A stretch of DNA of 64,000 nucleotides. Origin: Octopus bimaculoides (Eukaryota). The stretch is from contig NC_068981.1 of assembly GCF_001194135.2 (NCBI RefSeq), positions 140,640,883 through 140,704,882 of the forward strand. Direction: 5' to 3'. Every line of letters starts with the position of its first letter. The stretch's first letter is position 1. The notes beneath the pieces are model-generated. The model was not told where the DNA came from and made no database searches. It worked only from the letters and a program-made list of their open reading frames with translations. This document shows positions 1-14,600 of the stretch, in pieces. The position numbers and the translations under genes are program-made.

Positions 1-300
1 ATGTAAAAGGAGAAAGGGCTCTATACTTCTTTCTCAATTTTTCTGACCAGGCTCCCGTGGTTTTATGGGTTTTTCCACGTGTAACCTTTCCTTTTTCGAA
101 GCGCCTCCCCCTTTGGGAGTTCTACTTATTTATTTATCTATTTATTTATTATATCTTTCTCCGTTTTCTTCCTCTGTTTAGACGAACTTTCCTACCTTTT
201 CGGACAAAACCTTTTGTAACCTTCGTCCTGTCTTTGTCCTTATATGTTTTTATTTGATATTAGCCCTTGCGGCCAATAAAACGAATTAATTATTATTATT
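1..300 (+). mobile_element. Probable 3' terminus of a non-LTR retrotransposon (3' UTR and tail)
   Basis: Pyrimidine-rich tract ending in gcccttgcggccAATAAAacgaattaattattattatt, i.e. a polyA signal followed by an (ATT)n tail. The 5' part lies outside the window and the family cannot be assigned. Confidence 0.35.
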
Positions 301-304
301 ATCA

Positions 305-540
305 TTACATGCGGCGTGCTGATAGAAACGTTTCCCGTCGGACAAAATACTTAGCAACATTTGGTCCGTCTTTACGTTCAAATTCTGACGCTTGCCTGAT
401 GAAAATTAGCGGTTAAGTCGACCCTAGTAATTCGCTGGCACTTTATTTTATCAACCTTGCATTTATGAAGGTCATGTTTACCTTGCCTGAATATGAACTA
501 AAACTGTCTAATGTCAGAACATATATTGCAATGAAATAGG
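305..540. mobile_element. Two degenerate fragments of SINE family C in opposite orientations
   Basis: The + fragment (gcggcgtgctgatagaaacgtt...ggacaaaatacttagc...tttacgttcaaattc) resembles the 5' part of the 39735 copy. The following segment is reverse-complementary to its 3' part (ataaaataaagtgccag...gggtcgac). Confidence 0.4.
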
Positions 541-599
541 CAACGCTAACGAAACTGTCTAACACCCATCATTTTCTCACAGCTAATGCATTAACCATC

Positions 600-608
600 C
601 TATGTTGA

Positions 609-661
<53 letters not shown>

Positions 662-872
662 TACGCGCGCACATACACACATACACACATATATATATAA
701 AGGAGTGGGTAACTTTTAGAATGGGAGAGAAAAATAAAGCTTGAAAATGATAATACTTGTGAGCGTTGAAATAGAAATAGCGTAGTATAGATGAAGATGG
801 CTTCGTGAAGTAATAATTGAAGTCACTAACTTAGTTACTGTGTGAATCAAAATGAGAGAAGAAAAACAATTA

Positions 873-907
<35 letters not shown>

Positions 908-1986
908 GTATGACTGTGCATCTATGTATGTATCCTCTTGGTATATTGAATATTTCTGCTACTTTCAAATTAGTATTTGCTTCATTTTCCCATCGTTTGT
1001 AGTTTGGCTAAATTTCGTTTCGTTTAGAAGTGATTTTGTTTTGATTTTCTATTTTTTGCTTTACTAATACATTTTGAGGGATTTCAGATATATTCTCTTG
1101 AAAAGAGAAAAAGTAAATAAATAAAACTCTTTTATTGTTCGTGTTTTTACACATGTCAGATTCCTTAATTGTCTGGCAGCCTGTCTTTACAGATGTTATT
1201 TTCAATAACACGCCTACCGAAAATATTTTACATGTATGTATGTATGTATGTATGTATGTATGTACGTATGTGTGAGTATATGTATGTATGCATGTATGTA
1301 TGTATGTATGTAGATTATCTGTTGGTATGAGTGCGTGTGTTGGAGATTATTCAACCCGAGTTTTTACCGCTCAAAAGCAGACTCTGTAGGAACTGGAAAA
1401 TACATAATAGAAAAAGATATGAGGAATGGGTAAATTTGTACCCAGAGAAAAGGGTGTGTGTATGTATATATACGTATTTACGCATTTCTCAGTGCGTACG
1501 CTTCGCCCTCGTCTCTCGCTCAACTTCTCTCTCTCACTCTGTCTCACACACACACACATACACATAGACATAATTGTTTTGCTTCTCTTATTTATACAGT
1601 AACATATATAAGTACACACACACACACGCATACAAACACATACACATACACACACATACACATACATACACACATTTACGCACACACAGTCACATCCGCT
1701 CAAGCAAATTCATGAAGACTAAAACGCATAACAAACACACGCGTGCGGGCTCATGTACACTCATACACACGCATACATATTCACACGCAGATGCCAGCAT
1801 ACACGTACGTCTGCACAATAAGCATGGATATAAAGCAAAGAATGGAGAATAATGCGTTTCTTTCGTATATTACCAAATTTCTGATTATAGATAAAATACG
1901 AAAACGAGAAATATGTAGACTCGATGAAAGAAACGAAAAACAATGTTAGTTATGAAGAGAATGAAAGAAAGGAAGGAAAGAGATAA

Positions 1987-2040
<54 letters not shown>

Positions 2041-2058
2041 NNNNNNNNNNNNNNNNNN

Positions 2059-2099
<41 letters not shown>

Positions 2100-3874
2100 T
2101 GAGATGAAAGACAGCGAGATAGAGTAAGAGAGAGTGAGAGAAAGAAAGGTGATGCTTGTAATTACATTATCAAAACAAAAAGAGAGTTAAAACAAGTGAC
2201 TAATATATATAGGCAATGAATTCAGTAACTGGAACGAAGCAGAACTAATAGTTTCTTGTCATTTTCTTTGAATCTATCGCTATTTGAATAAAGTTATTTG
2301 CAATTTCACTTACGGATTAAGTGTTTTACATGATATTCTAAATATGTTTGTAACAAAACAATTGATTTACCACATATAATTATCTGATATTATGGAAGGA
2401 TATATTCTTTTGTAGACAACGAAATTTTATATTCTTTTGTGGTTTGTGGTATATTTTAGGTTCACTTATTCTTTTCTTTTTTCTTTACCTTTGTTAACAT
2501 AGTTCTTAGAAAGATCTTCTCTAAATATATTTATTTTCATTGTTCCTATGTTCGGTAAGTTATACAAGAAAGATTTCTAATTGTAGTTTTCCCGTTCGAA
2601 AGCGTGTATTGTACAATGCTACAGTGTAAAGCTATTACATATATCGGGGTATTTTGAGAATATATGCTAGCTTCATTCAGTTATATAAACTTCTTTCCAC
2701 ATTGCATCATATATTCATTGTATTCAAAATAGTATACTGTTTTGAACATGACTATCATTGAATAAGGATCCGGTGAATCTGCCAGAAGATGGGGAAGGCA
2801 GGGTTTGTTTCTGTGCGAATGTGTGGGAGAGAGTGAAGGTATACATTCTATAAAGAATGGTTGTGTATAATGGTAGGAGAAAAACAGTTTCGGTACAAAT
2901 CTATTGAGTTTTTATATTGAGGTTTGCGATGAAATATATTTGCTGCTAAACTACAATAAAAACCAGCCTATTTACATGTGCTTCTAGGTTTCATGTTTTT
3001 GAACGGTGAGCTAACACATCTAAACGAATTAATTACGTTCTCTAATGTGATAAGATTCATTATATTGTCAAGGTATATTGTATAAAGCTCACCCCATTTA
3101 ATATTTGTTGGCAGTTTGGAGATAAACGACTGAAAAGAAGATTATGAAGCAGTAAACTATGCTATACTTTACATGGGAATGTTCGTTAAATTCCCTATTA
3201 CATACTATATAAAAACTCACGTTTAGGCTTGTACACGCGCGCGCACACGTCTACCCACACATATATAAGCACACGCCAAATATGATACAAACATGGCCCA
3301 TTGTACTGTCCATCTACGACTATGTATATTGACATGATATACACTTACTTGCACATATACTCACTTCATAGATTGAGAGAGTGTGAAAGACAAAGAATGA
3401 GAGAATTGGGAGACTGAGAGAGAGAGAGAGAAGAGACACAGAGAGAGAGAAAGAGAGAGAGATAGAGAGAGAGAGAGAGGGGGGGGAGAGAATGCAAATA
3501 AAAAAGGAAAGAAATTCACAATGAAAAAAACATGAAGTACATATAGAATCATACTAATTTCATTTGAATCAGCGGGGTATTTTGGGGAAATGAGTTCAAA
3601 GAAGATATTTGCTTTATAATGGTACTTCTCGAATGGCTTCATACTCGGAAGTTCTAATCTTCCTCACAGTCATCTGTGTATAAGTCAGACGAAATCTGCA
3701 GATATACATACATAGAGTATATCCACACATACGTACATCGAAAGACATGCGCCGATACATATAGTCACACACAAGCACACACAGAGACATACATGGAGAG
3801 AGGGAGGGAGACAGTGATAATTACATAAACGGGTGCGCGTGCTTATTCACTGCAAATATATATGTGTGTATATA

Positions 3875-3905
<31 letters not shown>

Positions 3906-5448
3906 NNNNNNNNNNNNNNNNNNNNNNNNNNNNNNNNNNNNNNNNNNNNNNNNNNNNNNNNNNNNNNNNNNNNNNNNNNNNNNNNNNNNNNNNNNNNNNN
4001 NNNNNNNNNNNNNNNNNNNNNNNNNNNNNNNNNNNNNNNNNNNNNNNNNNNNNNNNNNNNNNNNNNNNNNNNNNNNNNNNNNNNNNNNNNNNNNNNNNNN
4101 NNNNNNNNNNNNNNNNNNNNNNNNNNNNNNNNNNNNNNNNNNNNNNNNNNNNNNNNNNNNNNNNNNNNNNNNNNNNNNNNNNNNNNNNNNNNNNNNNNNN
4201 NNNNNNNNNNNNNNNNNNNNNNNNNNNNNNNNNNNNNNNNNNNNNNNNNNNNNNNNNNNNNNNNNNNNNNNNNNNNNNNNNNNNNNNNNNNNNNNNNNNN
4301 NNNNNNNNNNNNNNNNNNNNNNNNNNNNNNNNNNNNNNNNNNNNNNNNNNNNNNNNNNNNNNNNNNNNNNNNNNNNNNNNNNNNNNNNNNNNNNNNNNNN
4401 NNNNNNNNNNNNNNNNNNNNNNTATATATATATATATATATATATATGCAGATACATATGTATTATGTATAGATGTAGATATACATAGAGAGGTATATGC
4501 GTAGGTATCTCTGTCGCTTTCTCTCGCTCTCTCTCACCTTATGTATATATATACATATACACACACACGCATATATACATACATTGAATATATAAAAGCA
4601 TATACATATTTCCGCGTGCGAATTGTATAGGTAGAGATATATTATAATTGTGCTGAAGTGGTTGTTGTATATGATGCTAGACATATTCTTTTCTTTACGT
4701 TTCAATTCTTATCCTGATTATTATCTGCTTTTAACAACATGGCTTCATGACTTCATGATATTGAAGATATTTGAATCACGGCTGAGACGTTTCCCCCTCC
4801 CCTCCCCTTTATATTCTGTTTCTATGTCCCCTTCTCTTTGCATTGCTACTCCTCTTCCAATGTGCGTATTTAACACCCACTTATTCTGTCTATGACTTTC
4901 CTACAGGCAAATATATAATAAATAACTCCATACAGATACTTCAACACATATTACACACTTTCACATATAGTATATACATGTACATAGATCCATACAGTCA
5001 TACGTGCATATACATACATATAAATACATACATATATATATNNNNNNNNNNNNNNNNNNNNNNNNNNNNNNNNNNNNNNNNNNNNNNNNNNNNNNNNNNN
5101 NNNNNNNNNNNNNNNNNNNNNNNNNNNNNNNNNNNNNNNNNNNNNNNNNNNNNNNNNNNNNNNNNNNNNNNNNNNNNNNNNNNNNNNNNNNNNNNNNNNN
5201 NNNNNNNNNNNNNNNNNNNNNNNNNNNNNNNNNNNNNNNNNNNNNNNNNNNNNNNNNNNNNNNNNNNNNNNNNNNNNNNNNNNNNNNNNNNNNNNNNNNN
5301 NNNNNNNNNNNNNNNNNNNNNNNNNNNNNNNNNNNNNNNNNNNNNNNNNNNNNNNNNNNNNNNNNNNNNNNNNNNNNNNNNNNNNNNNNNNNNNNNNNNN
5401 NNNNNNNGTATATATATATGTATGTATATACACACACACACACACACA

Positions 5449-5497
<49 letters not shown>

Positions 5498-5522
5498 TTG
5501 ATTCAAATTCGTTGGTATACAC

Positions 5523-5556
<34 letters not shown>

Positions 5557-6181
5557 ATATATATATACATATATATACGTATATGTGTGTATGTGTGTGC
5601 GTGCGTGTGCATGTGTGCGTGCATGTGTGTATGCATGTTGTATATATATATACAGACATACATACAGACACACGCGCGCACACACATATATGTGCATGTG
5701 TATAACTCTTTTATTCACCGAGAAGCGCTATATGCATACATATATATATACACTCATATATACATATATATATATGTATATATATATATATGTGTATATA
5801 AATATGTATATATATATATGTATATCTCTATATATTTGTATGTATATGTGCGTGTTTATTTGTCTATGTTAGGCCCCCTACCATCGCTTTACAACCGATG
5901 ATGGTGTGTTCATGTCTATTGTAACTTAACGGTTCGGCAAAAGTGACCGATAGAATATGTAATAGGCTTTCCATGAATAAGTCTTTGGGTCGATTTGTTC
6001 TACTAAATGCAGTGTTTCACCATGTCCGCAGTCAAACGACTGAAACTAATATAGGAATGAAAGAATATGGTGTATACATTCAAACTATTTTTCTATGACA
6101 GATAGAGTACTTTGTTGTTAATCTTACCTTAACGGAATCGTAAACTATACATGTGTACGTACACATGTACTCATATGTGTA

Positions 6182-6229
<48 letters not shown>

Positions 6230-6500
6230 NNNNNNNNNNNNNNNNNNNNNNNNNNNNNNNNNNNNNNNNNNNNNNNNNNNNNNNNNNNNNNNNNNNNNNN
6301 NNNNNNNNNNNNNNNNNNNNNNNNNNNNNNNNNNNNNNNNNNNNNNNNNNNNNNNNNNNNNNNNNNNNNNNNNNNNNNNNNNNNNNNNNNNNNNNNNNNN
6401 NNNNNNNNNNNNNNNNNNNNNNNNNNNNNNNNNNNNNNAAGGAGTCAGAGTGACAGACAGAGAGACTGGCATATGTATATAATGATTTCATGTTATCAGT
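600..6500. repeat. Microsatellite-saturated region: (TA)n, (CA)n/(TG)n, (TATG)n, (GA)n with five N-gaps
   Basis: Directly visible. Similar compound microsatellites, including (TATC)n, recur throughout the window. Confidence 0.95.
5874..6052 (+). mobile_element. SINE family A, 3' half
   Basis: Matches the 3' half of the 14216 copy (acaaccgatg...ggttcggcaaaagtgaccgatagaat...gggtcgatttg...gcagtcaaacgactgaaac). Confidence 0.8.
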
Positions 6501-6655
6501 AGACTATCACTCGCTGTTATGCAACGCTGTTCTGAATGCATCTCGCATTGTTTTACATTTCGAATGACACCACCCCACTGGCTTGGCAGGAAGTAAAACA
6601 TTTCCCGTGAATGGAGCATCAGTTCTTCGCAGTATTACTCAATTTCAGGTGTATG

Positions 6656-6698
<43 letters not shown>

Positions 6699-7793
6699 TT
6701 TTTTTTCTTCGCACAAACACTTATTTATACATACGAACGTATGTGTATTACTTGTGTTGTTTAACGCTCAGTTACAACGTGTAGGTGGACTAAAAAAGTA
6801 AAGTAAAAGCAGGCATATAAACCCATTTTATTCACAAAACTTGTTATCCACACTCACTAAGATTTCTGAAATTCAGCACTGTCTCCGTTGTCTGGAATGT
6901 GGCAGGTCACACAAACATGGAAAGAAAGGCCAGTCTTATAAAATGTAGCCTTGGGGGACATTTTCCAAATATTGACTCTGAAGGAAAATGAAAGGTAACG
7001 AAATTCTGGTTATCAAATCAAGGATAAAACCAAACGACTATACAAAAAAAAAAAAAAAAAAAAAAAAAAAATTAAGAAAATGTCTTTTAAGTTCCGAGAC
7101 AGATAGGAAAACTATTTTTGTGCACAAATGTAAATCGACTTTCATCTTCGTGTTCAACCTGAAAATTGAGATTTCCTGGACAGGCGGGTACGTTAGATGA
7201 TAGATAAAAATGACCTCCGGAAGAAGTTGTCCATATTATTATATGTAGGTAAACTATGAGAGAGCGCGAGGAAGAGAGAGAGAGAGAGAAAGAGAAAGAG
7301 ATAAAAATAGGGTAAAACAAAGATTGTAAAACAGGGGATGAGATAGAAAAAGCAAACATAGTAAAAGAGAACGACAGCAACATAGAAACAATAGAAGGAA
7401 AGAAAGATATTGGAAGTTATTGACAGAAAGAAGGAGAGAAGAGGAGAGGCAGACAGACAGAGAGAAAGACGGAAAAAAGAGGAGGTAAAAAAAACAGAGA
7501 GGAGGATGCTGAGAATGATAGTGGGAGCGAACATGTCTGTTCCAATGTGAAATGGCTGTGTACGTCAGAAACCTGAAATAAAAGTAAAAGTGAAAGTCGT
7601 GTACGTAATGAAAAGAATAGACAAAAACAGATATAGAAAAACCTATTTTATCTAGAGTCATTATTATTTCTAGGCTTGTAAAAATTCGCTATCGTTCGCG
7701 TAGGAAGCGACGGCGTGAAAGCGAAACCCACCGCTAAGAAACAACAAATATTAATCGAAGATAAATCTTCCAGCTGATAATATTTGGGACGAA

Positions 7794-8168
7794 GGGACTA
7801 TGGCTGAGTGGTTAGGGCAGTGGACACGCGGTCGTAGGATCGCTTTTTCGACTCCCATACCGGTTGTTGTGAATGTTTATTGAGCGAAAACACCTAAAGC
7901 TCCACGAGATCCCAACAGGATGTGGTGCGGACCCCTACTGTACTCTTTCACCACAACTTACTCTCACTCTTTCTCTCTGTTTCTATTGTAACTGTATTTC
8001 AAAGGGCCAGCATTGTCACACTGTGTCACACTGAATCTCTCCGAGAACTACGTCAAGGGTACATGTGTCTGTGGAGTACTCAGCCACTTTCACATTAATT
8101 TCAGGAGCAGACTGTTCCGTTAATCGGATCAACTGGAACCCTCGTCGTCGTAACCGACGTAGGGCCAC
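7794..8168 (+). mobile_element. tRNA-derived SINE family B, near full length
   Basis: A-box-like TGGCTGAGTGG and a degenerate B box (tttcgactccc). The body is reverse-complementary to the copy at 50172-50468 and ends in gaaccctcgtcgtcgtaaccgac. Confidence 0.8.
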
Positions 8169-9224
8169 GGTGACAAATATATGGGACACTAAGACGTCTT
8201 ATAATTTAAATATATGCGTATGTATAGGGTTAGTATTATAACCTTACAAGTTCAGTTACCTCAGATCCCCTCCATAAAGACATTCATCAAGCTGTTTTTT
8301 GTTCATATTCTGTAATATATAAAACATCAAATCAGTTAAAGATACCAGAGAAACGGTCAGGTTTTGCGAATCGTTAATTTATTCACTAGTTCGGTGAATA
8401 ATTTCCGATATGACAAGTGTTATCTGAAACAAAATCCTATTTGGAAAAGTGATTTAGAATTTAAGGCAAATTTAACAAAATGTTTTGATCAGTGCGATCA
8501 ATGGCTTAAACAGTGATAATTACTGTCTCATTATCGTACTTAAGATTTAAAAAAGAAATATTAAAATAACAATTGATAGGAATTTTAGTGATTCATCGTG
8601 TTCCAAAATTATTTTTCCATAATTGAAATCCAGTTATATGAAAAAAAAGATCAAAACAATTAACAAACACTGAAAATTTTAGATTCATATAGGAAGATAA
8701 ATAAAAAAATTCATGTTTAAGTGCAATTAGTGCACTTCTATATGAAATGAAAGAATGCGTGGAATGTTTTTTTCCGACGGTTTCATTTACGATTATATTT
8801 GTTGTTAAAGAAATTCACTGCCTACAAATTGAATTATACTGCAAGTGTTAGATATTATTCTGGCAATTGTACATTCATCGCAAAAGAGAACCTAACTTTT
8901 TGAGAACTGGAAACGCTACACGTGTGTTAACTGTAGACACAGATTCTGTTTAGCTATTTTCACAAAAGTTTGGGCTGGAACACTTCATAAATTACATATG
9001 CAATACATATATACACGCATACATGCACACAAACATACATGTGCGTGCGTGTGTCTAATTACCGTCTATAATTGTATCGCTTAAAAGATTATGACAATAC
9101 ACAAGGCTTAATACATTTTACATCTGACCATAAACTTGATACTGGAATTTTCGATGATGCTTTGGTATCTTTTCACAGGCGTGCTATAATCTTCGTTTTA
9201 TTTCACTAATATTCTTATATTCAT

Positions 9225-9254
9225 AATAAAGAAAAGATATCAGCATTTATCTTG

Positions 9255-9291
<37 letters not shown>

Positions 9292-10020
9292 AGCAAAAGA
9301 AAAATGTTTCTATGTCAATATGCTGAAGAAAAAAAACAACTTTAAACCGTCTAACCGCATAAAATATTCTTCACTATAATTACACAGCGTGCTGAATCCA
9401 GGAAAGCAAGCTAACAGAACTTTTTTAAAAATTCATTATTCCCGCATCAGACCGATTTCTGGATTAATCCACAAGGAATCATCCTTCTTCAGCGAGAAAC
9501 ACGACTAAAAATAAATAGAACACACATATACCCACGGAAAAAAGCAGATGCGAAATCACGAGTACATCGACGTGCCCGACATATATCCAAACAGAAATTC
9601 TGTAGCAAGCCTAATCACACGTGTAGATGGCCTGGAAAACTCAAGTAAAGTTGTTACCAGTCCCGAAGTGAATGGTAATAAATTTACTTCTAAATTTAGG
9701 ATAAAATTGTTCAAATAATTCTATCAGTGGCGATCATATTAAAATGCCTGTCAAGGAGAAAATATAAGCAAATATAAATAAGGGCAAAAGAAAAACATTC
9801 CTGTGTGAATATGCTGAAAAATAGACCTTAAACCATCTAACCGCATACAATACATTTCACTATAAATACACGCTGTGTATTTATAGTGAACAGAATTTAT
9901 AGCTAACAGAAATTTAAAAAATTCTTTGTTCCCGAATCGGACCGATTTCTGGATGAATCCACAAGGATTCGTCTATTCGTGTGCCGAGGCTTGCTACACA
10001 ATGTCTGTTACTGAATGGCA
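9225..10020. repeat. Diverged direct repeat pair (~9295-9480 and ~9786-9968) plus a ~30-bp inverted repeat pair (9592-9621 / 9978-10007)
   Basis: Shared blocks include aatatgctgaa, aaccgcata, agctaacagaa and gaccgatttctggat.aatccacaagga. TGTAGCAAGCCT (9601-9612) is the exact reverse complement of 9987-9998. Confidence 0.8.
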
Positions 10021-10953
10021 CGAGGAACATTCTAGTGGTGCATATTAGAAAAACAAGTAAGGTGTCAATTCAAACTTTGTAGGAGTCCATAAGTCATAGA
10101 ATTTAAGGTGTAATTACTGATAAAGGCGGTCCTACACCATATTAAAATAAATTTGTTTGAAATATTAAGGTGTTTCCATTATATTGTCCAACCTCTGTAT
10201 ATATACATAAATCCATACATACGTGTTCTTCTATATATGTATACATACATACAAATATATATATATATTCTTTCTACGTCTTCCCTTCTTTGGACTTTTT
10301 CTATATTTCTGATGAAGAGCTCCGCTCGAAACGTGAAATGCTCTCTTTTCTTTCCTTTCCTGATCGTACAATACCACTGTACTTATTCCACGTCCTCACG
10401 TTGTTGTTTTTCCATGTTTTTCCTTGCTTGTTCATGTTTGGATTGACTANNNNNNNNNNNNNNNNNNNNNNNNNNNNNNNNNNNNNNNNNNNNNNNNNNN
10501 NNNNNNNNNNNNNNNNNNNNNNNNNNNNNNNNNNNNNNNNNNNNNNNNNNNNNNNNNNNNNNNNNNNNNNNNNNNNNNNNNNNNNNNNNNNNNNNNNNNN
10601 NNNNNNNNNNNNNNNNNNNNNNNNNNNNNNNNNNNNNNNNNNNNNNNNNNNNNNNNNNNNNNNNNNNNNNNNNNNNNNNNNNNNNNNNNNNNNNNNNNNN
10701 NNNNNNNNNNNNNNNNNNNNNNNNNNNNNNNNNNNNNNNNNNNNNNNNNNNNNNNNNNNNNNNNNNNNNNNNNNNNNNNNNNNNNNNNNNNNNNNNNNNN
10801 NNNNNNNNNNNNNNNNNNNNNNNNNNNNNNNNNNNNNNNNNNNNNNNNNNNNNNNNNNNNNNNNNNNNNNNNNNNNNNNNNNNNNNNNNNNNNNNNNNNN
10901 NNNNNNNNNNNNNNNNNNNNNNNNNNNNNNNNNNNNNNNNNNNNNNNNNNNNN

Positions 10954-10985
<32 letters not shown>

Positions 10986-11752
10986 CACAGATGCATACAT
11001 ACATACCTACATACCTACATATACACACGCATTTCCAGTAAATTTTCATATAATAATATGCACATCGTCTTTGAACATTTCTGCTGTTAAACGTTATTCC
11101 ATCTTAAAGGAGATATGTGTTAATATTAGGTAACTTAGTGTCAAGGTAGTTCTGTGTTACGTAACCAATTATTCGTTGTTAGTTTTCTATGGGTGTTGAA
11201 GACGGAATTCTCATTATTAATGTTAAACCAATTAGATAGCTTCCCAGTCTTAGTGTCTGCCTTGTACTGAAGTTATTTTTTTCTCAGTGTGCATCGTTTC
11301 ACAGATGCGCCACTTACATACATTTTCTCACAGTCTTTTTTTCTTTTTTTCTATCTTTTTTTTTTTTGCTTTGTCTTGACATATATTCCATACGTACCTC
11401 ATGGTGGTCTGTTAACTCAAATTCCAATCCATTTCCGTCTTTCTCAATCTCTATCTCTGTATGTTACTCGCGATTGCAGTGAATGGCCCTCGGTTGTCTG
11501 CTATTCGCATCTAGAAACTTCCTGATAAAGTTTTGAAGAGCTCTATTCAACGGTAATACATGTGATCTCAGTTAAAAGGAACGGAGTCTAACACTTGACG
11601 ACGAACAATTATCTAATTCATATTGTCAGCATCAGAGAACAGACAGACATACTCTCGGGCACAGCCAAACAGACATAGATATATTATTGTGCATCACTAT
11701 ATGTACGCATTTTACATGTTTCACACACACGCACGCACATACACACACACAA

Positions 11753-11831
<79 letters not shown>

Positions 11832-12051
11832 NNNNNNNNNNNNNNNNNNNNNNNNNNNNNNNNNNNNNNNNNNNNNNNNNNNNNNNNNNNNNNNNNNNNN
11901 NNNNNNNNNNNNNNNNNNNNNNNNNNNNNNNNNNNNNNNNNNNNNNNNNNNNNNNNNNNNNNNNNNNNNNNNNNNNNNNNNNNNNNNNNNNNNNNNNNNN
12001 NNNNNNNNNNNNNNNNNNNNNNNNNNNNNNNNNNNNNNNNNNNNNNNNNNN

Positions 12052-12089
<38 letters not shown>

Positions 12090-13691
12090 GTGTGTATGTA
12101 TGTATGTATGTATACGTATATATATCAAGAAAATGTAAGAAGTTACGGAATAGGATATCAGATTTCTAATACAGAATTCATGCTAGAACCTTTAGATACA
12201 GAGGTTATATAAGTCATTACATACATAATTTTACTTGAGCGTGTGTGATGTTTTTTCCTCTGTGTCTATATGTGCGTGTATATTTGGGTTTATAGAAATG
12301 AGAAACGAACTGAGTGTAGCGCAAAATAATTTAAAGTAGAGACACCCGAAAATTCATCTGTGGTCTACGAATAGTGCGAGAACGATAGAAACATTAATTT
12401 TCGGTAAAATGTGAAAACAGTTAGTCATAAACAAAGGAAAAGATCAGAACAGAGTAAAAACAGTATCACCAGCACGCATTTCTAATTCTCATCGGTAGGA
12501 TTCGGTAATCGCAGATTAACGACTGCATAGCCTGCTACAGTCTGTAGATTTATAGAAAAAACTTTGGTTAGTGTATTGAACAGTAAAGCTGTACAAGAAG
12601 AAATTATTGGGACGACGCAATACTTTCATAAGAATAAAAAGTTGTGGAAAGGATTAAGAAAAATTACGTACATAAATATTGAAATCTGTCGAATTATGAA
12701 AAAATGGTAAAGAAAATAATTCTCGCATCTGATATATATGTTGCTCTGGAGTTCCCACTGACACACACACACATATATTTATATGTGTGTGAGTGTAAGT
12801 GTGTGTAGTGCGTGTGCGTGCATGCATCCATGTGTGTATATGTGTATGTCTGCGTGTATTTGTTCAGGTCCTTTGCGCGCTCTTATGGATAGACTCCCAA
12901 GTATAGAACTTTACTAGTAATTCAGCTTCTATAATTGTACGTTACAAAATCTAATGTGGTATCGAAAGAGTAGCTGTGCTTTCCATAGCGTGTTGTCTTC
13001 GAAGTGAATTCTCTAGACAAGGAAATTTCAAGACATAGATCAGTGTTCTACTTTTATTATAAAGACTAAAAAGTTCTGAATATATTACATTTTATTAAGT
13101 TGTATGTAAAATCTATCACGCATTGTCCAGTTCTTTTATAATCAACAGTCACGGACTGGTAAGTAAACATACAGTTAATTGAGTAAATTGATTGAAAGCA
13201 TGCTCATACAGTCATTAGTTTGCTTTCAAAAGTAAGAAAATGAAGATGTATAGCACGCATTAAAGTGTTTTCAGATTCATGACGTTTACTTTTACAATGA
13301 TATAAACTAAAGTACTAAAAGAGCAATCAAACAATTAATTAATGTAAGTAATTAAAATATCTAAAGAAAATAATTAAGAATTAGAACACAGTAAGAAAAC
13401 AAATATGTACTGAGTGACTCTATATATGTTTTCGATATTTCTTTGTCAATATAATGTTATGAAGTGTCTGAACGTTTCATAACCGTAAAAAATATATATA
13501 TAATTCGAATACCACGAACATAACGGAAATATAGTAAACAATTCTATATTAAATATAATGATCTCTTAATTTCGATTAAACTTTTTTCTGGTTCATCTCC
13601 ATTAAAGCAGATCACATTTATTTCATCGTTATTCCGACATTCCCTGCTGATGTCTTCCATGATGCTTGGAATAAAAGTTATTTGTTTGCAG

Positions 13692-13765
13692 TATTTTCTA
13701 CTCCCATACACCTCCAGGCTACGATGTCTTTAAACAAGCGATCAAAAGATTCAACCTATTAAACA
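13692..13765 (+). CDS. Candidate internal exon (74 nt), unknown protein
   Basis: Acceptor tatttgtttgcag and donor A|GTAAGT. Only one frame is open: IFYSHTPPGYDVFKQAIKRFNLLN (phase 2 to phase 1). No homology was established. Confidence 0.2.
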
Positions 13766-14215
13766 GTAAGTCAACACAGACCTAAGATAAAACAAAAAAA
13801 AAAACAAACAAACAAAAAAACAAACAAACAAAAAAAAACAAACAAACAGAAATCAGAATATAATTTGAAACGGAAAGAAAGCGAATGGTATATTTATTCA
13901 TTGCATTGATACCATTAACGATACCCCTCAAACGTTTCAAATCCTACATACTTTGACAGACGATGAGTTATTCAAATGTTCTTGAAGATGTGAGTCATTG
14001 AAGCGCTATACCATTTTGCCTTCCAAAATCGGCGTTAAGGCCATGTGTGGCTTTCACGTAAAATGAAACTATTGAGATAACATTACTTGGTTACTTTAAG
14101 GCGCTTATATGTGATTCAAATTTGTAATCATTCAGGTAATAGAATAAAATTTGTTCGACGGAAGACTATGGAGCGAAAATTATAAGTAATAATGGTATGT
14201 AATTAAAAATGGACA

Positions 14216-14600
14216 GGCGTAGGAGTGGCTGTGTGTAGCTTGCTTACGAACCACATGGTTCCGGGTTCAGTCCCACTGCGTGGCACCTTGGGCATGTGTC
14301 TTCTACTCTAGCCTCGGGCCGACCAAAGCCTTGTGAGTGGATTTGGTAGACGGAAACTGAAAGAAACCCGTCGTATATATGTATGTATATATGTATGCTT
14401 GTGTGTATGTGTTTCTCCCCGCAAAATCGCTTGACTACCGATGCGGGTGTGTTTACGTCCTTGTAACTTAGCGGTTCGGCAGAAGAGACTGTTAGAATAA
14501 GTACTAGGCTTATAAGGAATAAGTCATGGGGTCGATTTGCTCGACTAAAGGCGGTGCTCCAGCATGGCCGCAGTCAAATGACAAACAAGTAAAAGAGTAA
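14216..14600 (+). mobile_element. tRNA-derived SINE family A, full length (reference copy in this window)
   Basis: A box (gtggctgtgtg), B box (ggttcagtccc), central (TA)/(TG) microsatellite, and 3' tail ggcggtgctccagcatggccgcagtcaaatgac. About ten related fragments occur in the window. Confidence 0.9.
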
